DNA of 32,000 bases, taken from an uncultured archaeon. Lineage in GTDB: Archaea; Asgardarchaeota; Thorarchaeia; Thorarchaeales; Thorarchaeaceae. The position numbers and the translations under genes are program-made. The notes under the pieces are model-generated. The model was not told the DNA's origin and did not search any database. It saw nothing but the letters and a program-made list of their open reading frames with translations. Positions 1 to 9,700 of this stretch are shown here, one piece after another. The DNA lies in contig CAYHAA010000004.1 of assembly GCA_964354495.1 (NCBI GenBank), forward strand, positions 1 through 32,000, read 5' to 3'. Positions within the stretch are counted from its first letter, which is position 1. Every line of letters begins with the position of its first letter.

Positions 1-550
1 AGATGGGCGGGGTTGTTTCCGACTATTCCCACTGAACGACCGTCGAAGCGGGCAAAGCCCACTAGCATGTTCCTTGCCCAGTGCTCACGGACCTCAAAGA
101 ACTCGCCGTTATCGACGAGCTTTCGCACAACATCACGCATGTCGTATGGTTTGTTGGGATCATCTGGAATCAGGTCATCGATTGACTCATCGACATCATC
201 AGGAGCATGACCAGTGTCGACTCGTGGGGGCTCCTCGAGGTTGTTCTGGGGGACATAACTGAGGAGAGTCTTGATCTGCTCGAAGCAGTGGTCCTCATCC
301 TCGCTCGCGAACTGCGCCACGCCGCTGACTGAGTTGTGGGTCATCGCTCCGCCGAGCTCCTCGAAGGTCACCTCCTCGCCCGTGACCGTTTTGATGACGT
401 CGGGACCGGTGATGAACATGTGGGAGATGCCCTTTACCATGATAGTAAAATCGGTGACAGCAGGACTATAGACTGCACCGCCAGCACAGGGACCCATGAT
501 TGCAGAGATCTGGGGGATGACTCCGCTAGCCAGGTGTTGTGTTCGAATAT
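1..550 (-). pseudogene. 5'-truncated second copy of the acyl-CoA carboxyltransferase gene; runs off the left window edge
   Basis: Colinear with 5682-6232 at offset 5681; sampled 60-nt blocks match 45, 43 and 54 of 60, mostly synonymous changes. Frame open from 530 to base 1 ([28 protein letters not shown]...). A 1-nt deletion in the Trp codon near 531 (acc tg gct agc vs acg tgg gca agc). Homology ends ~550, so ~150 N-terminal codons are missing. Confidence 0.85.
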
Positions 551-634
551 CCAACAGTAACTTATTTCGTTGGGGTATTCAGAACACCACTCAATAGTAC
601 AATCAATTATGTATTAAATAACAAATTAGTAAAG

Positions 635-642
635 TATATATA
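635..642 (+). promoter_or_regulatory. Candidate archaeal TATA box for the S8 protease gene
   Basis: TATATATA preceded by purine-rich AAAG (BRE-like), ~50 nt upstream of ATG 695. Confidence 0.45.
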
Positions 643-660
643 TGATAGAGGAGTATCATA

Positions 661-678
661 TTTGGGAATATTCCCAAA
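661..678. promoter_or_regulatory. Perfect 18-bp palindrome, candidate operator
   Basis: TTTGGGAAT|ATTCCCAAA between the TATA-like box and ATG 695. Confidence 0.55.
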
Positions 679-694
679 ATGGTAGTGAAGGTAG

Positions 695-2410
695 ATGAGA
701 AGCAAATATTCAGTCATAGTGATTTCTTTGTTGCTAACTGCAATCTTTGTTTTCCCCACGTTTGTGGCTTCGCAACAAGTACAGGACACAGAGATTCTCC
801 CTCCTGAAGTAATATCAAAATGCAACAGAGATCTAATATCCGAATTATCAATGAAAGATGGGACTTGCTACTATGATGTAATAGTAGCGTGCAATCCTAA
901 TGGTCCAGATGACTATGCAAATCGTTGTATTGGATTAGTTGATGATTTAGTGATTTCGAAGAATTGGAATAGATTCAATATCTTTCAAGGTAACCTGACA
1001 AAAGAGCAACTGTATGAAATTGCAGAACTCCCCTTTGTCAGACGTATGGACAATAATTCATTCGAAATTGCCGCTTGTATGAATTATGCGAAATCGTACG
1101 CAGATGTCACAACATTGCAGTATTACGTCCCTTCAATGGATGGTAATACTGATGGATCTTCATCCTATTCAAAAGATGATATTGTAATAGCTATTCTTGA
1201 TACAGGAATTCACAATAGTCATTATGATTTAGATGGAGGAAAAGTCATAGGGTGGGTTGACCTGATTGGTGATTTCTGGGGAACGAAGTATGACAATCCT
1301 TATGATGATAATGGGCATGGAACACATTGTGCAAGTATTGCCGCAGGATCTGGAGATGCAACTTATGGATATAGAGGTGTAGCACCGGGTGCAGCTCTAG
1401 TCGGTGTTAAAATGCTCAATTGGTTTGGCGGTAGTAGTAAAAGTATCGCGATTGATGCACTTGAATGGGTGGGGGATAACAAAGACACATATGGCATAGA
1501 TATCGCCAGCTGTTCATGGGGTTGGACTGACTATGGACAATATGACACCCTAGCACAAGCAGCCGACTCTTTAGCTCATGACGATGATGTTGTTGTTTGT
1601 GTGGCTGCAGGAAATGAGGGGCCATCATCAGATACAATACGGACTCCAGGTACAGCCAAATGGGTTATCACAGTTGGTAATGCAATAGATCCTGCAGAAG
1701 GTGGCTGGTCGCTAGCCTCTAGCTCAGGTAGAGGACCGTGTGATGATGACCGTACAAAACCAGATGTATTGGCACCTGGAACAGATATCAATGCTGCAAA
1801 AGCTGGCACATACAACGAGTATATTGAAAAGACAGGAACTTCAATGGCAACTCCATTCGTAGCAGGTTTAGCTGCAATCTTCCTTGATTACAACTCTGGA
1901 CTAGCAAGTGATACAGATAGTGATTTCAATCCAGACATAAAGCAACTTCTTATGGCTAGTGCAGTAGATGTTCCTGGCGACAGTGATCCGGGATTGGACG
2001 ATTTTTATGGAGCCGGACGGATAGATGCTCTGGATGCATACACCTTTCTAACGGGAGACATTTCCGAGTGGTATCAAGATGTCTATCTTGCCGCCTCATA
2101 CCAAGAGAAGACATGGAATTGGTACAACGAACCCATGTGGGTATGCGATGACGATTATGAAAGTGATTGGTACAAAGTGAATATGTACACTGACTGGTTT
2201 CTGTACGTTGGAGCTTATGGAGACCCTGACCTATTACTCAAAATACAAATCTACGATAAAAACCTCAATGTAGTAACAACATCTACGACTGGAAACGATA
2301 GAACTCTTGGATACTGGTCAACTTATACTGGCACGTACTATATCAGGATTTGGGGTCAAAGTCACACTGGAGACTACTATGACATTCAGATTATAACTAC
2401 AGCATCATAG
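695..2410 (+). CDS. Secreted subtilisin-like (S8) serine protease with propeptide and C-terminal PPC-like domain
   Basis: Hydrophobic N-terminal signal; catalytic motifs ILDTGI (Asp), DNGHGTHCASIAAG (His), AAGNEG (oxyanion Asn), GTSMATPFVAG (Ser); C-terminal DWYKV...IQIYDK...GTYYIRIWG pattern typical of PPC domains. Confidence 0.95.
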   Translation: MRSKYSVIVISLLLTAIFVFPTFVASQQVQDTEILPPEVISKCNRDLISELSMKDGTCYYDVIVACNPNGPDDYANRCIGLVDDLVISKNWNRFNIFQGNLTKEQLYEIAELPFVRRMDNNSFEIAACMNYAKSYADVTTLQYYVPSMDGNTDGSSSYSKDDIVIAILDTGIHNSHYDLDGGKVIGWVDLIGDFWGTKYDNPYDDNGHGTHCASIAAGSGDATYGYRGVAPGAALVGVKMLNWFGGSSKSIAIDALEWVGDNKDTYGIDIASCSWGWTDYGQYDTLAQAADSLAHDDDVVVCVAAGNEGPSSDTIRTPGTAKWVITVGNAIDPAEGGWSLASSSGRGPCDDDRTKPDVLAPGTDINAAKAGTYNEYIEKTGTSMATPFVAGLAAIFLDYNSGLASDTDSDFNPDIKQLLMASAVDVPGDSDPGLDDFYGAGRIDALDAYTFLTGDISEWYQDVYLAASYQEKTWNWYNEPMWVCDDDYESDWYKVNMYTDWFLYVGAYGDPDLLLKIQIYDKNLNVVTTSTTGNDRTLGYWSTYTGTYYIRIWGQSHTGDYYDIQIITTAS

Positions 2411-2494
2411 TGATATCGAATGAGGATAGTATGTAGATTTATGAATCTACATACTCTCTATTTTATTATTCAATGATTAGGTTATGTAACAACA

Positions 2495-2941
2495 ATGAGC
2501 GAGAGCGGGGATTCAGACATTTCCATAAAAGATGTGCAAGGAAATACATTGATAGTGTACTGGTTTTTACTAAAATCAGATGGAACACATAGTGCAAGAG
2601 AAATTCAACGAAAAACAGGCATCTCTAGTTCGAGCTTGGCTTTGCACCATCTAAATAAGCTAATTGAACTTGGTCTCGTGAAGAAAGATATTCATGGAGA
2701 ATACTCAGTAGCACGAAAAATCAACCTCGGTATCTTGAGCCTGTTTTCAGGAAAAGGTAAGATTTTTGTACCGAGATTCGTTTTCTACGCAGCTTTCAGC
2801 TCAGGGTTATTACTGTCTTCGATCTATCTGTTCTATTATCGCCTCAATACTGCGAGTGTTCTCTTGATTTCGTCACTGCTTGTCTTTAGTATTATTTTCT
2901 GGGTCGAAACACTGCGAATCTGGAGAAACCAACCGGTCTGA
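2495..2941 (+). CDS. Winged-HTH (ArsR-like) regulator with two C-terminal transmembrane helices
   Basis: SAREIQRKTGISSSSLALHHLNKLIELGLV...GEY wHTH pattern followed by two hydrophobic stretches. Confidence 0.8.
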   Translation: MSESGDSDISIKDVQGNTLIVYWFLLKSDGTHSAREIQRKTGISSSSLALHHLNKLIELGLVKKDIHGEYSVARKINLGILSLFSGKGKIFVPRFVFYAAFSSGLLLSSIYLFYYRLNTASVLLISSLLVFSIIFWVETLRIWRNQPV

Positions 2942-3023
2942 AAGTAGCTCACCTGTGCTCTGAAACTAGATTAAAGTTAGTTTGTGTCTATATAGTATAT
3001 ACCGAATAATTCGATGAGCGGCG

Positions 3024-4175
3024 ATGAAAATGACGAAATTTAGCGGTAGGATAATTGCAATCATTATCATGATCACGGTTGTCACATTTCTATTTTCAAG
3101 TGCTGTTGGATATGCATTAGATTCTTCCATTGAAAACAGATTTGTAGGAACTCCAATTGCTGAAACCACCTTTGCCAATTTATCTAGTGCAGAACCTGGT
3201 TCAGTGATGTTTCCAGGATCGGTAATCGAAGTATCGGAAGAGTTCATATCTATGAGAGTAAACTTCACAGAGTCAGAATTATGCAACCATACTGATGCCA
3301 GCTCATCAGCATTATTATTCATGAGCCAATTTGCATATCTTACACAATTGAATTTCACGCTTGATGAAGGTTGGACAAGATTAGAGTCGGGTAAATGGAC
3401 TCTCCGGTTCTACAGCCCTTCTGCTGATGTCTATGTTGGAGTGAACGCTTTTACATGTACAGTTCTTCGATTTGCTGTTCGATGGGTTGGTCCGTCCCCA
3501 TATGTGAGAGAAGTCGATAGTAGCATTTTGAGCATTAGTGAAGTTGAGCTTGCAGCTGCTCAGTTCCTTCTGCAAAACAATATTTCCCTCTCAATTCATT
3601 CTCAATACATTCCAGCTGTCTTAAAACACGATATCCAATACCTCACCCACAACGTCTTTGCAATTCGTTTCTTTGAGAGTATCAATAATACACTAATTGA
3701 GGGCAATGTAATTTCCATCATTCTTGACATCCTCACAGGAAATGTGGTTGACTTCAGTTATCAATGGGTCTATGTTGAGGGTATTCCAACAGAGGATATC
3801 ATCGACAATACTAGTGGTATCAATTATGCTCTGGCGTACATAGAACAGGAAAGTAATTCGGGAAATACAAGAGTTGCATATTCGATTCTTCTGTTCAAGG
3901 ATTTTGGTTCAGTTGAGTTGATGTCGTATTCACTCTGTCGGGCAATATACACCGATAACTCAGAATTTGGAGTTGTATATGTCAATGCCAAAAGTGGAGA
4001 GATAATTTCAACCCTCCAAACTGGGCTAATATCCGAATTTATCGAAAACACGAGACTCGATTTATTATCTCTAATCATGCCTGTTTCACTTACCATGATC
4101 TTTGCAATAGCAGCTTTCGCGATAACAAATCATCTTGTAAAGGAGGAGATGCCAGTAATAAAAAACTCAAGGTGA
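3024..4175 (+). CDS. Membrane-anchored exported protein with PepSY-like motifs
   Basis: N-terminal signal/TM and C-terminal TM; ILDILTGNVV and VYVNAKSGEII resemble the PepSY terminal motif; TATA-like TATATAG ~30 nt upstream. Confidence 0.6.
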   Translation: MKMTKFSGRIIAIIIMITVVTFLFSSAVGYALDSSIENRFVGTPIAETTFANLSSAEPGSVMFPGSVIEVSEEFISMRVNFTESELCNHTDASSSALLFMSQFAYLTQLNFTLDEGWTRLESGKWTLRFYSPSADVYVGVNAFTCTVLRFAVRWVGPSPYVREVDSSILSISEVELAAAQFLLQNNISLSIHSQYIPAVLKHDIQYLTHNVFAIRFFESINNTLIEGNVISIILDILTGNVVDFSYQWVYVEGIPTEDIIDNTSGINYALAYIEQESNSGNTRVAYSILLFKDFGSVELMSYSLCRAIYTDNSEFGVVYVNAKSGEIISTLQTGLISEFIENTRLDLLSLIMPVSLTMIFAIAAFAITNHLVKEEMPVIKNSR

Positions 4176-4199
4176 TACATAGATTGAAGGACACGAGAG

Positions 4200-4973
4200 A
4201 TGAGATTTGAAACATCTAATCAGTTGATAGAACAAATTACCAGAATTTCAAAAGAAGAAAAAATGGATAACTACTGCGAGTCAATTTATCTAGTTGGATC
4301 ATACTCTCGAGAAGAGTTTGACCACCTAAGTGATGTTGATCTTATTGTTATCGTACATAATGAAAGTGAATTACCATTTGTTCTTGAATTAGTGAAGATT
4401 ATTCAAGAATACATAGCACCATTTGATGTAATGTTGGATTCAAAGGTCTATACAGAACTCAGTTTTAATGATGCAAAAAAAGGGATTGATCATTTCTCAA
4501 TTTGGCTAAATATCGAAACAGGAATCTGTATTCTTGGCAACGAGATTCAGGTGAAATTGAATCCATCTTTAGTTATATCAGGATTATTGCATTGGATTGA
4601 TAGAGTGGAAGAATCGATAGTTATTCTTGAAAATCATTCCCAATTCGAGGGTTCATGTTTCGTACTATATTCAGCACTAGTCTGGATATTTTTCATTGAA
4701 AAATACCTTCTAGAAAGCAACAAAACAATATCGAAGAGGGAAACCTTGAATGTATACTTTGGTGATATGGAACCAATCGTTCGTGTTCATTACGATAGGA
4801 TAGTTCACAAAATAAGAAAGGAGTCACCGAATAGGTATCCAAAGAAGTTGCAGTTCAAGGAAAAGAAAACTTGGTCGGATGTATATTATTCAAATCTCAT
4901 CCAAAAAGCCAGAAAGATTCTTGAATATGGTAATGCAGTATATAGATCATTATCAGCGAAATACGATGTTTGA
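4200..4973 (+). CDS. Pol-beta-superfamily (minimal) nucleotidyltransferase domain plus unassigned helical C-terminal region
   Basis: YLVGSYSREEFDHLSDVDLIVIV = hG[GS]x9-13DhD signature; very AT-rich (27% GC in one sampled line). Confidence 0.75.
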   Translation: MRFETSNQLIEQITRISKEEKMDNYCESIYLVGSYSREEFDHLSDVDLIVIVHNESELPFVLELVKIIQEYIAPFDVMLDSKVYTELSFNDAKKGIDHFSIWLNIETGICILGNEIQVKLNPSLVISGLLHWIDRVEESIVILENHSQFEGSCFVLYSALVWIFFIEKYLLESNKTISKRETLNVYFGDMEPIVRVHYDRIVHKIRKESPNRYPKKLQFKEKKTWSDVYYSNLIQKARKILEYGNAVYRSLSAKYDV

Positions 4974-5122
4974 CATTATAGCTTGATACTACCTCCATCC
5001 CGAGAACGCATATGGTGTCATCGGTAACATACTCTCGATAAAGAATACTTCATCCTAAGTAAATGCAATGTCACACAAATTCCATAATTTCAGTAGGTGT
5101 GTAATCATTTTCGTGAACAAAA

Positions 5123-6676
5123 TTAAAGCGGGATGTTCCCATGCTTCTTTGGGGGTCGCGATTTCCTCTTGCTCGCCAGCATCTCAAGACCACTACATAT
5201 CGAGGGTCTGGTTTCATGTGGGAAGATGACCCTGTCAATGTAGCCAAGTCCTGCCGCAACATACGGGTTGGCGAACTTCTCGCGGTACTCCTTCACTAGC
5301 TCCGTGCGCTTCTTCTTTTTGTCCTTCGCTTCCTCGATCTCCTTGCGAAAGATGATGTTGATGGCGCCATCAGGCCCCATCACCGCAATCTCGGCTGACG
5401 GCCAGGCATAGACAAGGTCAGCATCGATATGTCTCGATGACATGACGTCGTAAGCACCCCCGTATCCCTTTCTTGTGATGATGGTGATCTTAGGGACGGT
5501 AGCCTCCGCAAATGCATAGAGAATCTTTGCGCCATGGCGAATGATACCGCCCCACTCTTGAGCTGTCCCCGGTAGATATCCAGGGACATCCATGAATGTG
5601 ATGACAGGGATGTTGAACGCGTCGCAGAATCGAACGAAGCGAGCACACTTGTCTGATGCATTGATGTCAATTGTGCCTGCTAGATGGGCGGGATTATTCC
5701 CAACAATTCCTACGGACCTGCCATCAAATCTGGCAAAACCCACCGTCATGTTCTTTGCCCAATGTTCGTGGACTTCAAAGAATTCTCCATTGTCAGCCAA
5801 CTTCTTAACGACATCGCGCATATCATACGGTTTGTTCGGATCATCCGGGACAATTCCGTCGATTGACTCATCAACGTCATTGGGTGCATGACCAGTATCG
5901 ACTCGAGGGGGTTCCTGAAGATTGTTCTGGGGGATGTAACTGAGAAGTGTCTTGATCTGCTCAAAACAGTGGTCCTCATCCTCGCTCGCAAATTGTGCGA
6001 CGCCACTGACGGAGTTGTGAGTCATTGCGCCGCCCAGCTCTTCAAAGGTGACCTCCTCTCCGGTCACTGTCTTGATGACCTCTGGACCCGTAATGAACAT
6101 GTGTGCTGTGCCCTTGACCATGAGCGTGAAGTCCGTGACTGCTGGGCTGTAGACAGCTCCACCCGCGCACGGCCCCATAATCGCCGAGATTTGAGGAATG
6201 ACCCCGCTTGCCCACGTATTGCGTTCGAACACAAAAGAATAATTTGCCAAACTCAAAATCGATTCTTGAATTCGGGCACCGCCGGAATCCAGTAGGCCAA
6301 TGACAGGAGCACCAGTTTGTATTGCAAGATCCATTATCTTGCAGATCTTTTCCCCATGCTTTTCTGAGAGCGAACCTCCAAAGACAGTGAAATCCTGACT
6401 AAAGATGAAAGCTTTTCTGCCAGCAATTGTGCCATAGCCGGAGATGACCCCATCGCCAAGAATGCGTTTTTTGTCCATGCCAAAATCTGGAACCCTACTG
6501 ATCACGAATTCATCAATCTCAACAAAGGATCCGGGGTCTAGAAGTTTGTCGATTCTCTCACGGGCGGTATATTTGCTCTGCTCGTGTTGCTTCTCAATTC
6601 GTTCTTTGCCGCCACCTAGTTTGGCTTGTTCACGCAATTTCCTGAGTTCCTCAAACTTATCATCACAACCAACCAT
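5123..6676 (-). CDS. pccB: Acyl-CoA (propionyl/methylmalonyl-CoA) carboxylase/decarboxylase carboxyltransferase subunit
   Basis: [50 protein letters not shown]-terminal KKHGNIPL; start moved to ATG 6676 (GGAG upstream). Confidence 0.93.
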   Translation of the reverse strand: MVGCDDKFEELRKLREQAKLGGGKERIEKQHEQSKYTARERIDKLLDPGSFVEIDEFVISRVPDFGMDKKRILGDGVISGYGTIAGRKAFIFSQDFTVFGGSLSEKHGEKICKIMDLAIQTGAPVIGLLDSGGARIQESILSLANYSFVFERNTWASGVIPQISAIMGPCAGGAVYSPAVTDFTLMVKGTAHMFITGPEVIKTVTGEEVTFEELGGAMTHNSVSGVAQFASEDEDHCFEQIKTLLSYIPQNNLQEPPRVDTGHAPNDVDESIDGIVPDDPNKPYDMRDVVKKLADNGEFFEVHEHWAKNMTVGFARFDGRSVGIVGNNPAHLAGTIDINASDKCARFVRFCDAFNIPVITFMDVPGYLPGTAQEWGGIIRHGAKILYAFAEATVPKITIITRKGYGGAYDVMSSRHIDADLVYAWPSAEIAVMGPDGAINIIFRKEIEEAKDKKKKRTELVKEYREKFANPYVAAGLGYIDRVIFPHETRPSICSGLEMLASKRKSRPPKKHGNIPL

Positions 6677-6767
6677 TGACAAGCACACTCCAGTCTTTCA
6701 ATCAAATGTTTCAATCCATCATGGTTTTGAATGTTCTGCTATTTCAAATAGAGGTAGAGAGAAGTCT

Positions 6768-9700
6768 TCACGAGTCTGCATCATTGATTACCTTTTGAAT
6801 AGTACTAGATCTACGAGCTCTTCCAAAGTCTACCCACAGCAGCGGCCCGATTTGATTTACCTTAATTCCCTGTCTGTGATACTCCAGGATTCTCTTCTTT
6901 TCCTCCTTGCTGACCTTTGTGTGTTTCATGGATGCTATCATCATAATGAGTTCGCGTAGTCGAAAGAAACGATCAGCAGCATACTTAAACAAAGGTAATT
7001 CAGCTGCCATTCTCAATGATTCTTTCTTTGATATGACAATTCCGGTTCCTCCGTCCACAGAATCGATTCCAAGGAGAGATAGCAACGATTGGAAAAACTT
7101 CTTGTTGTGTTTTGTGCCTATACCTGCAGTCATATTGCGAACAGAGGCATATCCGTCCCCATCAGCAACGCCTTGCAGAATGGGCAGAATCATCTCATGA
7201 GGAATTTTGAGAACCCATTCTGCTCGAATGGATTGGTCTTCTTTTGCAGCGTCCATTCTCAAACCAAGTAGTGTGCTCCGTATCCACAGCAAGAATGGCG
7301 AAGCCGAGCTCAGCCAGTTCATCGTTTCGATGTCCTTTCCTGCTTTGTTCTTTCTTACGCGATTCTTGTTCCTCCAAGCCCTGAAACCTAGTATGCCAAG
7401 ACAGTAGCAGAAGGCCTCACCGAACGTTTCGCTCCAAGAATAGTTTGCACTTAATGAAATGCCAACAGTGGTGGAAATGCCATTCCGACGCACGAAGAAT
7501 CCATCCGAAATAATAGCTCCAAGCAGATACATGAAAGCAATGATTCTTGGGATTGCGCCAAAACGTTTTGTCCAGTCTTTCATTTTTCTTCCTTTCAGGG
7601 GTACAAGTTGATCTAGAACATACTTGATATCACTGATATCGCTGATAACTAGCGGAACTTGGATGAACCCATGTTGTTTTCCATTTTTTACTTTGAGCGC
7701 CACCCATCTATTGCCACTTTGGGGAGGAACTCTAGGAATAGATGAGGCGACTCCCACAAGTCTTGGAAAAATGTGTTCTAAGCGTCTTCTCTTTGCATTT
7801 GCCATGTTCAATCGCCCACGTTTGATGATATCTGTGTAGAGTCCCCCTTTCTCTAAGGCTTTAAGAAACTGAAAGAACTCCTTGGCGCGCACGTGGTCTT
7901 TCTTGTGGCTAGGGAGCAATTTCAGTGCGCCAAGTAAATAGAAAGTCCGCATCCGCTTCCTGTACTCCGTTAGACTGACAATCCCGTTGAGTTTCTGATG
8001 GATTGCCTTGAGTTCTCTCTTAGCCTCAGTGACCGACAATGCCCTCTCGAGCATATCGATTACCATAGGCAATGATATTCCTACAAGCCATTGATTCACA
8101 GTCTGTTGTGAAACGTCATGTCTTGCAGCAAAATCAACGATTTCCTTTCGTGTAACATGCTTTTGAGCCCCAAACTTGCGTCTTGCCAAGAAATACACTC
8201 GGACAACGTGAAGGAGCCGCTGATAATCGGACCGTTCCTTCAGCCATGGAAAATCACTATCAACGACTTTCTTGAACTCGGAATAGGAATCAATCACTTT
8301 GCTCCGCAATACTAGGGGACGGATCTTGACCCTGTACGTGGATCCCCTGTGCGACGTGTATCTCTCCGTCGGAGCCAACTTCCCTGTCTGCGCCAGCACA
8401 TGCCGGATGAGCCACGGAACCTCCCCAGCTGTGAACGCCCGCACGCGCCGCTTGGAGATGCCCGACCGCCGAGCGATGTCCTTCTGGGCCCCGCCGCGCT
8501 CCAGTTCGCCGAGGAAGGCGAAGAACTCTCTGACCCGCGCTTCCTTGCTCCGGTACTGGGCAATCCTCGTGTACGCACCATCGGGATAGAGAAGTTTCAA
8601 CCAGAGTTCGAGTTCAGACCACGTTCTGATGCCGCCTGCCCTCTTGACAATCTCGTTCAAGAGCCGGCGAGCCTCGCGCGCTGACATGCTCGACCCGACG
8701 ATCTTGAAGAGGTGGGGCACATGACCATACAGAACCCATTCGCGTGCAGTTGACTTCTTCAGGCCGAGCCGTGCCCCGATCGTATCGACCTCGAACTGAC
8801 GGACCGCGGTGCGCCCCCTGAGGGCATCCCTGAGCTCGAAGAACTTGCGCAGCTGCTCCAAGAGCGCAGGATAGTCGGAGCGCACAGAGACTCCGGGGTA
8901 GTAGCGCTCCAGCCACTTCTTGTAGCTCTCAAAGGAGCCAGCAGGTCGCTTTCCGCACATGGGTCGGTGAAGTCGGAGCGTGTACTCGCGCCCCCTGTGG
9001 TAGCCGGTCTTTCGCTTCTTCTTCACCCTCTGCTGTTGAGCAACCGGAGACCTCACTACCCCTGCAAGACCCCGCTCAAGCGACCGACGGGCAGCCTCAC
9101 CAACAACAGACGCCCATGCCCGCTCGACCTCAAGAGCCCGCAGCTCGCGGATGAGTCGAGGGACCTCTCCCTTCTTCTTGCTGCGGACGTACTGACGCGC
9201 ATCCTCCAAGTTCTGCCTGAAGTCGGGGCTCACCACTCTCGACCGCCATCGCCTTACGAGCGCCTCCAGTTCTTCCTCAGACTCGACCTCTCTCCGCACT
9301 GACTCCTTGAACCGCTCACGCTCCTCCTCGGTGAGCCTCGCAAACAACTCCCTGAGCCGCTCACGAGTGCGTTCTTCCTCCTCTCGCTCGCGGTCCTCCT
9401 CGGTCTCGGGGAAGTACGGGCGTGGTTCCAGAGAGTGGTCGATGTGCCGCTCCCCGGTCATGGCGTCGATGATGACCCGAGGCTCGTTGACCTCTTGCTC
9501 CTCAAGCACATCCAACTCCTCCAGCAGCTCCTCGACTCTCCTGATGATCTCCTCGGGAACCTCGACCGACTCCTCGCCAGCCTCCCCAGCGTCAGAGACC
9601 TCCCCGGACTCCTCGGGCCCGACCTCCATGCCGCTATCCGAGGTCTCCTCTACCTCGGCCGAGTCCTGCTCGACCGCGTCTTCGCTCTCCTCAGGAACTG

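Noticed and set aside
550-5000. Prophage, IS or integrative element with its own recombinase
   Set aside because: No integrase, transposase, terminal inverted repeats or viral genes in the window
6738-6750. CTATTTCAAATAG short palindrome upstream of the carboxyltransferase
   Set aside because: 6-bp AT-rich arms are too short to distinguish from chance
6768-8300. Intein or archaeal intron around the LAGLIDADG domain
   Set aside because: No Hint-domain N-terminal Cys/Ser block or terminal HN-[CST], no recognisable host extein, and no rRNA/tRNA flanks
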